NCBI GenBank assembly: GCA_964196055.1
Contig: CAXMSF010000018.1
Span: forward strand, 1 to 56,766
Reading direction: 5' to 3'
Length of the DNA stretch: 56,766 bases
Origin: an uncultured Gammaproteobacteria bacterium
GTDB lineage: Bacteria > Myxococcota_A > UBA9160 > SMWR01
Shown: positions 7,906 to 18,118 of the stretch, piece by piece
Layout of the letters: each line of letters begins with the position of its first letter
Numbering within the stretch: position 1 is the stretch's first letter
Notes under the pieces: model-generated
The model's database searches: none
Told to the model about the DNA's origin: nothing
What the model saw: the letters and a program-made list of their open reading frames with translations, nothing else
Translations under genes and position numbers: made by a program

Positions 7906-10575
7906 GTGTCAGATTCAGGCTCCGTCATGCCGATAACGGGGGGCGCGAGCGGAAGCAACAAGAATTCCGCGCGGCCTTGGATGAGCGAAATGCACCCGCA
8001 ACGAGCTTCGGTCGGGCGTCGATTCTGGCGCGACATCTTTGTCCTGCAGACCTGGACGAACGTCATCGCGGTCATCTTCATTCTCGCGTTCCTGTGGCCC
8101 GCGCTCAGCTTCACGCCCGATCAGATCACCGCGATGGCGATCATCGTGTCCGTGCTGGTCGCCGTCGTGATGCCGCCCTACGGAGCGGTGTTCTTCCGCT
8201 GGTGCGCGCCGGTTCGCGAGTATCTCGGCGCGCAAGAGCCCGAGCGGACGCCGACGAGTCTGCGATCGTCCGCGTTCGCCGCGGTAATCGATCTGCCGCG
8301 TCGCCAGTTCCTCGCCTCGATGTGTATGTGGCTCGCGTTCGGCTTTCCCGCATCGCTCTACCTCCGTCACACCTTCGACGACTTCAGCCTCGACTCGATG
8401 ATCGTTCTGTGCGCGGCCATCACGTCGGGAGGCTTGTTGAGTTCCGTAATCGGATTCTTCGCGCTGAAGAATCATCTGCGCTGGATTCGTTGCGAACTCG
8501 CCAAGTCCCTGCCGGACCCGCAGCTTCGCCGGAGCGCCGCGCATCATGTTTCGGTGCGAGCAAAACTGTTCGTTTCGACCAGCGGGTTGATTCTCGTCAC
8601 CCTGATCTTCGGCGTCTCGGTGACCAACGTACGCGGAAAACTCGCAATCGAGAAATTCATCAACGGCGCGCAGATCGGAGTGCTCGAACGGATCGCGGCC
8701 CGAATCGAAGTGGGCTTCGACACCGCTCATGCGGTTACAGCTGCCGAAGAATCGCACGTAGGCGTAATCGAACGGATCGTGCTGCTCGACATCGCTCGAG
8801 CGCGCGCGGGCACGTTCGACCCAGGGCTCCTCAACAGCGCCGAGATCCGAGCAATCCTCGAACGACCATCCGGCGAGAGCACCCGGATCGACACCGCGAA
8901 CGGTTTCGCGTGGCGTCCGCTTCCGGGCGATCCGAATCGGGTCCTGGTTGCAATCACGCCGCTCGATTCACTCGGCGGCGGATTCCTCGAATCGCAGGGG
9001 GCCTTCTTCGCATTGATCGGTGTCGCGCTCGCGGCAGCTGTCCTGATCGCTCGCTTCTTCGCAGCCGACTTCGGCTCTGCAATCGACGCGCTGCGCAGTG
9101 AAGTCCGGCGAATCGCGTCCGGCGACCTGCGAACTTCGGACGTCTACGAGTCGGAGGACGACCTCGGCGACCTGGCTCGTTCAGTTCAGGAAATGGCTCA
9201 GTCACTTCGTACAACCGTCTCCCAGGTCGTGAAGGCCGCCGGCCGTGTCGATGGTACGGCGAATGCGATCGAACGAGCTTCGGCGGCCGTGAACGAAGTC
9301 GCCGGCGATCAGGCACAGAGCATTCAGAGTGTTTCGTCCGAAATGGACCAGGTGAGCCTACGCGCGCGGGAGATCTCGACCTCGGCGCACTCACTCTCGG
9401 AATCGGTCGACGAAAGCTCCACCGCGATTCACGAACTGCAGTCGGTGGGCGAGGAGCTCCACGACTACACCACCAACCTCTCCGAACGTGTCGACGGCAC
9501 CGCGAGCTCGGTTGCTGAAATGGCCGGGAACATTCACGAGGTGGCGACCAATACCGGGCGACTGTCGGAGGCTGCGACAGGAACCGTCGAGCGTGCGCAG
9601 GAGATCGCGACCAGTTCGCGCAGCATCCAGGAAAACGCCGGCGATGCCGAGTCGCTCTACAGCCGCGTGATCGGTACCGCCGAGCAGGGCTCGAACCGCG
9701 TTACCGACACGATCAGCGGCATGCAGGTCATCCACGAATCCGTGGAGGACGCGAGCCGTGTGGTGCGAGAGCTCGCTATCAAGACCTCGAACATCTGCAC
9801 GATCGTCACCGTCATCAACGACATCGCGGACAGAACAAGTCTGCTTGCCCTCAATGCCGCCATCATCGCCGCCAAGGCCGGCCGTCATGGCAGCGGGTTC
9901 GCGGTCGTCGCTGCCGAAATCAAGGCCCTCGCCGCTCAGGTGCGAGCGAAGACCCAGGAAATCGATGAGGTCGTCTCTTCGGTCGCCGACGAGGCGAACA
10001 GCGCGGTGAGCTTCATCGATCGCGGGACCGCTTCGGTCGTGAAGGGCGTCGAGTTGTCGGGCGAAGCCGGTGTGGCCCTGGAAGCCATTACCGCCGCGAC
10101 CCACGAGAGCGGCGACCGCATCCATGAGATCGTCAAAGCGGTACGCGAGCAGGCGAAGGGAGCCGGCGAAGTCGCTTCGTTGATCGACCACTTGAACGAG
10201 GAGTTCGGTCGGATTCGAAGTGCGAGCGACGAAGAGGCGCAACAAAGCGAGCGAGTCCGGGACCTGAGCGAGTCGATCCAGGAGGTCGCGAAATCGGTGC
10301 ATCGCAGCGCCGAGGAGCAGGTGAAGAACGCCACCCACCTCGCCGGTGGCATCGAGACGGTCGGAGAGAACACACGCCAGATCAACACCGCACTCGGAGC
10401 CCAGAGCGACGCCTGCGACCAGGTCGTCGCGGTGCTCGAGCTGATGCTCGGCCGCAATCGCGAGACCGAGGATTCCGGCGCCAAGCTCGACGGCGCAATG
10501 CGCGAGCTGGTCGCCGAGGCCGTCGACCTTCGAGCCGCCGTCGAGCACTTCACACTCGAGGAAGACGGCGCCTGA
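7906..10575 (+). CDS. methyl-accepting chemotaxis protein with multi-TM N-terminal region and HAMP domain
   Basis: Several hydrophobic helices in the first ~250 aa. HAMP is LIARFFAADFGSAIDALRSEVRRIASGDL...LGDLARSVQEMAQSL. The MCP signalling hairpin is DIADRTSLLALNAAIIAAKAGRHGSGFAVVAAEIKALAAQ. The start is uncertain (7906 GTG, 7927 or 7981 ATG). Confidence 0.85.
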   Translation: MSDSGSVMPITGGASGSNKNSARPWMSEMHPQRASVGRRFWRDIFVLQTWTNVIAVIFILAFLWPALSFTPDQITAMAIIVSVLVAVVMPPYGAVFFRWCAPVREYLGAQEPERTPTSLRSSAFAAVIDLPRRQFLASMCMWLAFGFPASLYLRHTFDDFSLDSMIVLCAAITSGGLLSSVIGFFALKNHLRWIRCELAKSLPDPQLRRSAAHHVSVRAKLFVSTSGLILVTLIFGVSVTNVRGKLAIEKFINGAQIGVLERIAARIEVGFDTAHAVTAAEESHVGVIERIVLLDIARARAGTFDPGLLNSAEIRAILERPSGESTRIDTANGFAWRPLPGDPNRVLVAITPLDSLGGGFLESQGAFFALIGVALAAAVLIARFFAADFGSAIDALRSEVRRIASGDLRTSDVYESEDDLGDLARSVQEMAQSLRTTVSQVVKAAGRVDGTANAIERASAAVNEVAGDQAQSIQSVSSEMDQVSLRAREISTSAHSLSESVDESSTAIHELQSVGEELHDYTTNLSERVDGTASSVAEMAGNIHEVATNTGRLSEAATGTVERAQEIATSSRSIQENAGDAESLYSRVIGTAEQGSNRVTDTISGMQVIHESVEDASRVVRELAIKTSNICTIVTVINDIADRTSLLALNAAIIAAKAGRHGSGFAVVAAEIKALAAQVRAKTQEIDEVVSSVADEANSAVSFIDRGTASVVKGVELSGEAGVALEAITAATHESGDRIHEIVKAVREQAKGAGEVASLIDHLNEEFGRIRSASDEEAQQSERVRDLSESIQEVAKSVHRSAEEQVKNATHLAGGIETVGENTRQINTALGAQSDACDQVVAVLELMLGRNRETEDSGAKLDGAMRELVAEAVDLRAAVEHFTLEEDGA

Positions 10576-10589
10576 TCCAGGCGCTCGCC

Positions 10590-12023
10590 TCAGCTGCTCG
10601 CGGCGCAGCGCCCTGCGCGGCGCCCGAAAAAAGTCCCGTCTCCAAGCGACAAGCCGCTGCTGTAACCGCCGACCGAGAGCCCCGACGTCGCCCGGCCCGC
10701 GCCATACAAGCCCGGAATCGGCCGACCTTCAGGATCGAGCACTCGGCCATCGACGTCGCTGTGAAGACCTCCGAGTGTGAAAGCCGCGTAGATCGAACTT
10801 TCGGTCGTGCAATCGAACGCACCAAAGGGAGGTTTCGAGAGCGGCTGCACGTACTCGGGCAGCTTGTCGAAGACGGGGTCGTGGCCCTTTTCGGCGTGAC
10901 GATTGTAGAGCGCCAGCGTGCTTTCGAGGCTGCCTTCGGGCAATCCGAGTTCCCGTTCGAGCTCGGCTGGGGTCTCGCCCACCGCGGCGACTTCGCGTGG
11001 GTATTCGGGCTGCTCGAAGATTGCATCGTCTACGACGAGCCACGCCCGTCCACCTTGATGAAATAGCGCCCATTCGCCCAGGCGGCCGTAATAGGCATCT
11101 TCATTGATGAAGCGCTGGCCCTGCGCATTCACGAGCAATCCGCGCTTCAGGCCCCACGGTTGCGTCGCCGGCAAGGAGATCGACCCCGCGCTCATGTGGA
11201 TCGTCGCGGCGCCGGCGGCGACGCCGAGCCGAATGCCGCTGCCGTCGTCGCCCTCGGCGCCGATGCGCACCATGCAACGGTTCAACAACGGCAGATGCGC
11301 ATCGATCATTTCGCGATGATTGATGAACCCCCCGGTCGTGAGGATCACGCCGCGACGCGCTCGGATGGTTCGCTCTTCGCCGAACGTCTCCGCGACGACC
11401 CCGATGATCGAGCCGTCCGGTTCCTGGACCAGCGCGGTGCAGCGGTGGTTCGCGGCGATCCGCGCCGAGCCGGCCTCGACCGCGGCGACGAGCTTCTGCA
11501 TCAGGAGCGGCCCCGCCTGGTCGTTCATCTGCGGTACGTGGCCGCGGGGTGCTGGAACCGCGATGTCGCAGAAGGGGTGCACGCGCTCGGAGCCCGACCA
11601 CACCAGTCCATCATCGGTCGGCGGTTCTCCGCTCACGCCGTGGTAGTAGACGGGCTTGAACGGAACACCCTGCTCGAGCAGCCAGTCGTAGTGCTGCACC
11701 GAGCCGTCGCAGTAGAGCCGGATCTTCGCTTCGTCGGGGCCGTCGCCGCACGAAGCCATCAGATACTTGTACATCTCGTCGGGTGAATCTTCGAAGCCGC
11801 AGGCCTGCTGCAACGCCGTGCCACCACCCAGGTAGAGCACGCCACCGGACATCGACGATGTACCACCACCACCGCTGGCGCGCTCGAGTACGAGCGTCTC
11901 GGCGCCACGGCGCGAAGCGTCGAGCGCCGCGGCGGCGCCGGCGGCGCCGAGGCCGACCACGACGACGTCGACCTCCTCGTTCCAGCGCTCGATTTCCCGG
12001 GGCTCGCGGAGCCCACTCGTCAT
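10590..12023 (-). CDS. FAD-dependent oxidoreductase (fumarate reductase / 3-ketosteroid dehydrogenase-like flavoprotein family)
   Basis: Dinucleotide-binding N-terminus VDVVVVGLGAAGAAAALDASRRGAETLVLER and C-terminal GLYGAGRATSG typical of this flavoprotein family. Confidence 0.8.
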   Translation of the reverse strand: MTSGLREPREIERWNEEVDVVVVGLGAAGAAAALDASRRGAETLVLERASGGGGTSSMSGGVLYLGGGTALQQACGFEDSPDEMYKYLMASCGDGPDEAKIRLYCDGSVQHYDWLLEQGVPFKPVYYHGVSGEPPTDDGLVWSGSERVHPFCDIAVPAPRGHVPQMNDQAGPLLMQKLVAAVEAGSARIAANHRCTALVQEPDGSIIGVVAETFGEERTIRARRGVILTTGGFINHREMIDAHLPLLNRCMVRIGAEGDDGSGIRLGVAAGAATIHMSAGSISLPATQPWGLKRGLLVNAQGQRFINEDAYYGRLGEWALFHQGGRAWLVVDDAIFEQPEYPREVAAVGETPAELERELGLPEGSLESTLALYNRHAEKGHDPVFDKLPEYVQPLSKPPFGAFDCTTESSIYAAFTLGGLHSDVDGRVLDPEGRPIPGLYGAGRATSGLSVGGYSSGLSLGDGTFFGRRAGRCAASS

Positions 12024-12065
12024 CGATTCTCCTTCGAGCGCAAAGCCACCACGTGAAGCAACACG

Positions 12066-13130
12066 CTACCGAACCGCCGCAACCGGAGCGGGAGACGCGC
12101 GAAACGAGAAGTCCTTCTCGATCCTTCCCTCGAACGCCACTCCCGCGACTTCCACGTAGGGATAGATGAAATAATTGAGTGGCCGACCCGCGTGATCGCG
12201 CCCGAGGCGCAGATCACGACCCGTGGTGAAATGGATCCTGTCCGACGGGTGACTGCCGTAGAAGAACTCGCGCTTCTCCGGGTGTTTGAATGCCTCCGAC
12301 GCGTCGATCGGGAACCACCCCGTCTCGGGCAGGTAGAACTCGACCCAGCAGTGATAACCACCGACGTCACCGGCGCTGCGTTCCTCGGGGATCGGAAAGC
12401 CGATCTCGAAGCGAGCGGGAATTCCCAGTGTGCGCGCGAGCGAGATGAACAGCGCGTGGAAGTCGGTGCAATTACCGTAACGTTCCGTGCACGCCCAGTA
12501 TGTGTCGCCGTTCCCCCATCCGCTGCCGGTCTTCTTGTATTCGACGTTGTCCACCACCCAGTCGTAAGTCGCGCGTGCAAGCAGCGCGGGCTCACCGTTC
12601 GCGGAAAGGCTGCGCACTTCGGCGACGATCGGATCGAGAAGCTCCTCTCCCACTACGACGCGATCGTTTGCGCGCAGGAATTTCTCGAGCTCGCCGGGCG
12701 CAGGCTCGCCCGCGGGCGGATCGGTTGCGCGCGAGTCGAAACGCCGAACCACCCGCGTCTCCACTTCGACCTCGATCGGCTTGCCGTCCGATGCCGCGAC
12801 CGTCCCGTGCCAGAAACGATTTCCGTAGCCATCTTCGACTTCGACGCTCCCCGGGATCGAGGCGCGAATGCTCTCGGACGCGAGCTTCTGCTGATCGGTT
12901 TCACGCGCGAGCGGAACGTAGACGTGCACCGGCCCGGCACCGGCCTCGACCGGCCCGACCCGCGTGACGTACTTAAATGAAATCGTGCGCTGGCTGCCGG
13001 ACACCGGGTCCGCGAAGGCAGCCGCAGAGGCCAGGACTGCTAACCCCCATACCGCGAGTCGAACGACGACGAATGCGGAAGGAGCAACCCCATTTCCTGC
13101 CATGCGACCTCCGGAAGAGCGAGACTCCAC
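12066..13130 (-). CDS. exported transglutaminase-like cysteine protease-fold protein
   Basis: Signal peptide (VVVRLAVWGLAVLASAAAFA). Cys-His-Asp core GNCTDFHALFISLARTLGIPAR ... GGYHCWVEFY ... PIDAS. Alternative start at M10 (13103). Confidence 0.8.
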   Translation of the reverse strand: MESRSSGGRMAGNGVAPSAFVVVRLAVWGLAVLASAAAFADPVSGSQRTISFKYVTRVGPVEAGAGPVHVYVPLARETDQQKLASESIRASIPGSVEVEDGYGNRFWHGTVAASDGKPIEVEVETRVVRRFDSRATDPPAGEPAPGELEKFLRANDRVVVGEELLDPIVAEVRSLSANGEPALLARATYDWVVDNVEYKKTGSGWGNGDTYWACTERYGNCTDFHALFISLARTLGIPARFEIGFPIPEERSAGDVGGYHCWVEFYLPETGWFPIDASEAFKHPEKREFFYGSHPSDRIHFTTGRDLRLGRDHAGRPLNYFIYPYVEVAGVAFEGRIEKDFSFRASPAPVAAVR

Positions 13131-13225
13131 CCCGTCGGGAACGGCTATCGTGAACGCGCTGGGCAGAGAGCCTACCCCGCGCTACGCATTCCGGCCTGTG
13201 AAACTCGTCTATCGGGAGGCAGACC

Positions 13226-14005
13226 GTGATCCTCGAAGGCAAAGTCGTCATCGTTTCGGGCGTGGGCCCGGGCCTCGGTCGGGAAATCGCCACGGCCGCA
13301 CTGCGAGACGGCGCGCGCGTCGTGATCGGCGCGCGCTCGGCCGACAAGCTCGAGAAGGCCGCGGCCGAGCTCGATCCGTCCGGCGAACGCGTCGCGGCAC
13401 AGCCGACCGACATCACCAACCCCGAAGACTGCGCCCGCCTCGCGCAGACTGCCGCGGACCGATTCGGTGGGCTGGACGCCGTCGTACAAGTGGCCGCGTT
13501 CGAAACCGCTGCCAGCCAACTCGGCAATACACCCGAGAAGGTCTGGTCGAGTTCTTTCGAAACCAACGTCGTCGGAGCCACGCATGTAGTTCGCGCAGCC
13601 GCACCGCTGCTCAAGCAGCGGGGCGGCGGTTCGATCGTGCTGATCGGCACTCAGTCGATGTGGCTGCCGCAGCTTCCGCAACTCGCCTACGCGTCGTCGA
13701 AAGGCGCTCTGCTCTCCGCGATGTACTACATGGCGAAGGAACTCGGTCCCGACAAGATTCGCGTCAACATGGTGGTTCCGACCTGGATGTGGGGTCCGCC
13801 GGTTCAAATGTATGCAAAGTGGCAGGCCGCCGAACGCAAAGTCTCCGAGCAGGAGATCGTCGACGAGATCACCGCGAACATGCCGCTCGGCGAGATTCCT
13901 GCCGACGACGATGTCGCCGAATCGGTGATCTTCTTCTGTTCCGACCGGTCACGCATGATCACCGGTCAATCGTTGATGGTGAACGCCGGAGAGTTGATGC
14001 GCTGA
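13226..14005 (+). CDS. short-chain dehydrogenase/reductase (SDR)
   Basis: GKVVIVSGVGPGLGREIA Rossmann motif and the YASSK catalytic YxxxK. GTG start preceded by GGGAGG. Confidence 0.85.
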   Translation: MILEGKVVIVSGVGPGLGREIATAALRDGARVVIGARSADKLEKAAAELDPSGERVAAQPTDITNPEDCARLAQTAADRFGGLDAVVQVAAFETAASQLGNTPEKVWSSSFETNVVGATHVVRAAAPLLKQRGGGSIVLIGTQSMWLPQLPQLAYASSKGALLSAMYYMAKELGPDKIRVNMVVPTWMWGPPVQMYAKWQAAERKVSEQEIVDEITANMPLGEIPADDDVAESVIFFCSDRSRMITGQSLMVNAGELMR

Positions 14006-14055
14006 GCAGGACCGGCGAAGCGCGGCCTGACCCGATCGCGATTCACGGAGCGTAG

Positions 14056-14814
14056 ATGGACGACTTCGATCTCTACCAGTTCAAACGCTCGCACTACAAC
14101 GAGAAGGCACGCTGGGCGCTCGACCACAAGCGGCTGCCGCATACGCGTCATTCGCTGTTGCCGGGACCACACAAGTTCAGCGTGACGCGCCTGTCGGGGC
14201 AGGCCCAGGTGCCGGTGTTGCGCCACGGCCGAAAGATCATCGCAGGCTCGGCCCGCATCATCGACTACCTCGAACAGCTCGTGCCCGAGCCCGCCCTCTA
14301 TCCGCACAGCCCGGATGCACTCGCCAAGGCGCAGGCAATCCAGGCCTGCTTCGACGCCGAGGTCGGGCCCGCGGTTCGCTGTGCTGCCTTCAGCGACCTG
14401 ATGGACGATCCGGGCTACTTCGCTCTTACCTTCAGCGACGATCGCTCGCTTGCAACCCGCGCGGTCTATCGCGCCCTCCTGCCCGTCACGCAGGCCTTGA
14501 TGAAACGCGACCTCGGCATTACGTCGGCCACGATCGAGCCCGCGCGCGCAACCGTGCGGGCCGCCCTCGACCGCGTCGTGGAAGATTCGCGCGCGACCGG
14601 CTACCTGGTCGGTGACGCCTTCAGCGTCGCCGATCTCACCGCCGCCGCGCTGCTGATGCCCGCGGTCCAGCCGCCCGAGGGGCCAACCTATCCCGAGCCT
14701 CGAGCAGCAGTCGCCCTTCGCTGGGCCGCGCGCTGGGCCGATCATCCGGGCGCCGCCTGGGTGCGTGGGATCTACCGCCGGCATCGCGGCGAATCGGCGG
14801 AAGTCCGCGTCTGA
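14056..14814 (+). CDS. glutathione S-transferase family protein
   Basis: Thioredoxin-like N-domain (LYQFKRSHYNEKARWALDHKRLP...VPVLRHGRKIIAGSARIIDYLE) plus a helical C-domain. Confidence 0.75.
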   Translation: MDDFDLYQFKRSHYNEKARWALDHKRLPHTRHSLLPGPHKFSVTRLSGQAQVPVLRHGRKIIAGSARIIDYLEQLVPEPALYPHSPDALAKAQAIQACFDAEVGPAVRCAAFSDLMDDPGYFALTFSDDRSLATRAVYRALLPVTQALMKRDLGITSATIEPARATVRAALDRVVEDSRATGYLVGDAFSVADLTAAALLMPAVQPPEGPTYPEPRAAVALRWAARWADHPGAAWVRGIYRRHRGESAEVRV

Positions 14815-14913
14815 AGGCACGGCCGGGCTCGACACGGCCGGCGAGGCTCGCTTCGAACCGGCTCGGAGCCACGTGCTGGCTGCGAGAGTGTCGCTGTGCT
14901 TCCCTCTCGCCCC

Positions 14914-16191
14914 ATGCTGGATCCGCGCGCACTCGCCGACCGACGCGATGAAATTGCATTGAACTGCCAACGGCGCGGCGTCGCCGTCGAGGTCGATGCC
15001 GCGGTCGCCGCGCATGCGCGCGTCACCGCGCATCAGACCGAGCTGAACGAGCGAAACCGCTCGCGCAACGAGCACCAGAAGAGCGGGCAGAAGAAGCTGT
15101 CGCCCGAAGAGCGCGAGGCGCACGTCGCCGAAGGGCGACGCCTGAAAGAGAGTGTCGGTGAGATCGAGGAGCAGCTCGCCAAGGCACAAGCCGAGCTGAG
15201 CGCGCTGCTCGCCTTCATCCCGAACTTCGCGCACCCCGACTCCCCGGTTGGCGGTGAAGAGGATTTTCGGGTGTTGCGAACCGTCGGCGAGCCACGCCGA
15301 TTCGACTTCACACCCCTCGACCATCTCGAAATCGCGGAACGACTCGACCTCGTCGACTTCGAATCAGGCGCAAAGGTCTCGGGTCAGAAGTTCTATTACC
15401 TGAAGAACGAAGCGGTCCTGCTCGACATGGCACTACAGCGCTACGCGCTCGACCTCGTCACAGCAGAGGGCTTCACGCCGTTCATCACGCCCGATCTCGC
15501 GCGCAGAGATATCGTCGACGCGATGGCTTTCAGTCCGCGCGATGCGGCAACCCAGATCTACTCCGTCGCAGACTCCGACCTCGATCTGATCGGAACGGCA
15601 GAGATCACCCTCGGCGGCCTCTACCAGGGCGAGATCGTCGACGAGAGCGAACTCCCGATCCGCCTCGCAGGCGTGTCGCACTGCTATCGCACCGAGGCCG
15701 GCTCAGCAGGCCGAGAAAGCAAGGGCCTCTACCGCGTACACCAGTTCAGCAAGGTCGAGATGTTCGTACTCACCCGCCCCGAAGATTCGGCGGCGATGCA
15801 CGACGAGATCCTCGCGATCGAAGAAAAGATCTTTCAGGGACTCGAGATCCCGTATCGGGTCATCGATGTCGCGATAGGCGATCTGGGTGCGCCCGCGTAT
15901 CGCAAATTCGACATCGAGGCCTGGATGCCCGGCCGGGGCGAAAGCGGCGACTACGGTGAAGTCACGAGCGCCTCGAATTGCACCGACTTCCAGGCGCGCC
16001 GGCTGCGTGCACGCTTCCGCCGAACAGAGACCAAGAAGAACGAACTACTCCACACGCTGAACGGCACCGCGGTCGCCGTCACGCGCACCATGATCCCCGT
16101 GCTCGAGAACCACCAACTCGCCGACGGTGGCATCGCGATCCCGAAGGCCCTCCAGCCGTACATGGGTCTGGAGCGAATTGGCCCCCGCTGA
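14914..16191 (+). CDS. serS: seryl-tRNA synthetase
   Basis: MLDPRALADRRDEIALNCQRRGV..., the N-terminal coiled-coil arm, class II motifs (...HCYRTEAGSAGRESKGLYRVHQFSKVEMF..., ...TSASNCTDFQARRL..., ...LNGTAVAVTRT). Start at M7 of the listed ORF. Confidence 0.92.
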   Translation: MLDPRALADRRDEIALNCQRRGVAVEVDAAVAAHARVTAHQTELNERNRSRNEHQKSGQKKLSPEEREAHVAEGRRLKESVGEIEEQLAKAQAELSALLAFIPNFAHPDSPVGGEEDFRVLRTVGEPRRFDFTPLDHLEIAERLDLVDFESGAKVSGQKFYYLKNEAVLLDMALQRYALDLVTAEGFTPFITPDLARRDIVDAMAFSPRDAATQIYSVADSDLDLIGTAEITLGGLYQGEIVDESELPIRLAGVSHCYRTEAGSAGRESKGLYRVHQFSKVEMFVLTRPEDSAAMHDEILAIEEKIFQGLEIPYRVIDVAIGDLGAPAYRKFDIEAWMPGRGESGDYGEVTSASNCTDFQARRLRARFRRTETKKNELLHTLNGTAVAVTRTMIPVLENHQLADGGIAIPKALQPYMGLERIGPR

Positions 16192-16192
16192 G

Positions 16193-18115
16193 ATGAGTTC
16201 CAAACTCGTGCTCGGAACGGCGGGGCACATCGACCACGGCAAGACGACCCTCATCTACGCGTTGACGGGCGTCGACACCGACCGCCTGCCCGAGGAAAAG
16301 GAACGCGGAATCACGATCGACCTCGGCTTCGCGCCACTCGATCTCGGCGACGGCCGGCGCGTTTCCGTCGTCGACGTTCCCGGACACGAGGGACTGGTGC
16401 GCACGATGGTGGCGGGCGCTTCGGGAATCGACCTGGCGCTGATCGTCATCGCCGCGGACGAGGGCGTAATGCCGCAGACTCGCGAACACATCGCGATCTG
16501 TGAGCTGCTCGGGATCGACAACGCAATCGTCGCACTCACGAAGATCGACGTTGCTGATCCGGATGTCGCGGAGCTCGCCGCCGAAGAAGCCGCCGACCTG
16601 CTCAGCGAGACCTCACTCGCAGGCGCCAAGATCGTCCCGGTTTCGGCGGTCAACGGGGAAGGGCTCGACGAGCTTCGCGCGGCGCTGCGCGAGCTGGTCG
16701 ACGTCTCCCCGGCCCGGACACCACGCACCGGCCCGCCACGTCTCAACGTCGATCGTTGCTTCGCCGCTCGCGGCTTCGGTTGCGTGGTCACTGGGACGCT
16801 GACCGGGTCGCCGTTCGCGGTCGGTGACGCAGTCGAGATCCAGCCGACGGCACTGCGCGCGCGCGTGCGCGGTCTGCAACACCACGGATCGTCCGCTCAG
16901 CAAGGGGAACCCGGAGTCCGTTGCGCAATCAACCTCCAGGGAATCGATGTCTCGGACGTGTCGCGCGGCAATGTGCTTTCGACCCCGGATGCCCTCCAGC
17001 CGTCGACCACTTTCGACACACGACTTCATTGGCTCGCCGCGGCACCGCCCGCAGATGGCCGCGTCGCAGTCGAATTCCTCGTCGGCACCGCCGAGCGCCG
17101 CGCCCACATCGCGCCGATCGGCGTCGACTCTTTCGAGCCGGGCGCGACCTGCTTCGCACGCGTACACGTCGACGGCGAGGCGTTGAGCCTGATTCCGGGC
17201 GACCGCTTCATCGCGCGCGGGTTCGCGCGAACCGAAATGGGAGGCTCGACCGTGGGAGGTGGCGTGGTGCTGGACATCGCACCGCCCCACAAACGGCGCA
17301 GCGACCCCACTCTCGTTGCGGAACTCGCAAGCCTCGCGAAGGGAGAGCCCCTCACCGACCTTGCGGTGCGGATCCAACGCAGTGGCCTCGCCGGCGTTTC
17401 AGAAGACCGACTCCGTCGCGAGACCGGACTGCAGGGTGCCGCACTGGCGAGCTCACTCGCCGAGTTGGTCGCTAGCGAGGTCGCAAGACCGACCGCGAAT
17501 CGCGGCTGGCTCGCGGCCACCGCAATCGCCGAGCTGGAGCGACAGTTGCTCGTGGCGCTCGACGCCTACCACGAGAGCGAGCCGCTGCGGCCCGGCATGC
17601 CGATCGGCGCCCTGCGCGGTCAGCTTCCCCACAACGTGCCGAGCGACGTAGCTCAGTTGGCGCTCGACCGCCTCGTGGCGAGCGGAGTCGCCGCGATCAC
17701 GGATGACGTCGCACATCGCAGCGAGCACCGTCTCGAACTCAGCGACGCCGACCAGGCGCTGGTCGACCGGATCCTCGCCGAAGCCGAGAATTTCGCACTC
17801 GAGCCTCCGTCGGAACGCGAGTGGAGTGAAGCACTCGGCGTCTCACGCGAGCACTTCCTGGATCTACTCGCGTTCCTGAAACGCGAGGGCCGCATGGTGC
17901 GGGCACCCGGCGACCTCTGGTTCTCGACCGGAGCCGTCGCCGCGCTCCGAGAACGAATCACCGCGCACTTCGAAAAGAATCAGCGTCTCGACACCAAGGC
18001 CTACAAAGCCCTGATCGGAACGACCCGCCGAACCGCCGTTCCCTTGATGGAGTACTTCGACGACGAGCACCTCACGAGCCGCAGCGGCGACGCACGAGTG
18101 CTGCGGGGCGGCTGA
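16193..18115 (+). CDS. selB: selenocysteine-specific translation elongation factor SelB
   Basis: [52 protein letters not shown] and a ~300-aa C-terminal winged-helix extension for 640 aa overall. ATG 16193 lies one nt after the serS stop (16189-16191). Confidence 0.9.
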   Translation: MSSKLVLGTAGHIDHGKTTLIYALTGVDTDRLPEEKERGITIDLGFAPLDLGDGRRVSVVDVPGHEGLVRTMVAGASGIDLALIVIAADEGVMPQTREHIAICELLGIDNAIVALTKIDVADPDVAELAAEEAADLLSETSLAGAKIVPVSAVNGEGLDELRAALRELVDVSPARTPRTGPPRLNVDRCFAARGFGCVVTGTLTGSPFAVGDAVEIQPTALRARVRGLQHHGSSAQQGEPGVRCAINLQGIDVSDVSRGNVLSTPDALQPSTTFDTRLHWLAAAPPADGRVAVEFLVGTAERRAHIAPIGVDSFEPGATCFARVHVDGEALSLIPGDRFIARGFARTEMGGSTVGGGVVLDIAPPHKRRSDPTLVAELASLAKGEPLTDLAVRIQRSGLAGVSEDRLRRETGLQGAALASSLAELVASEVARPTANRGWLAATAIAELERQLLVALDAYHESEPLRPGMPIGALRGQLPHNVPSDVAQLALDRLVASGVAAITDDVAHRSEHRLELSDADQALVDRILAEAENFALEPPSEREWSEALGVSREHFLDLLAFLKREGRMVRAPGDLWFSTGAVAALRERITAHFEKNQRLDTKAYKALIGTTRRTAVPLMEYFDDEHLTSRSGDARVLRGG

Positions 18116-18118
18116 CTC

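Noticed and set aside
7761-9101. 446-aa plus-strand ORF overlapping the MCP in another frame
   Set aside because: It is extremely Arg-rich (RRxRR runs) with no domains. The MCP frame carries TM helices, HAMP and the signalling domain.
13966-15324. 452-aa minus-strand ORF spanning the GST and serS region
   Set aside because: It is antisense to two ORFs with unmistakable GST and SerRS motifs. Its own translation is Arg/Gly/Ala-rich with no recognisable domain. This is a typical high-GC shadow ORF.
16193-18118. tRNA-Sec (selC) or SECIS element next to selB
   Set aside because: selB ends 3 nt before the convergent lepB stop and serS abuts its start. There is no room for a tRNA, and I saw no cloverleaf-like sequence in neighbouring spacers.
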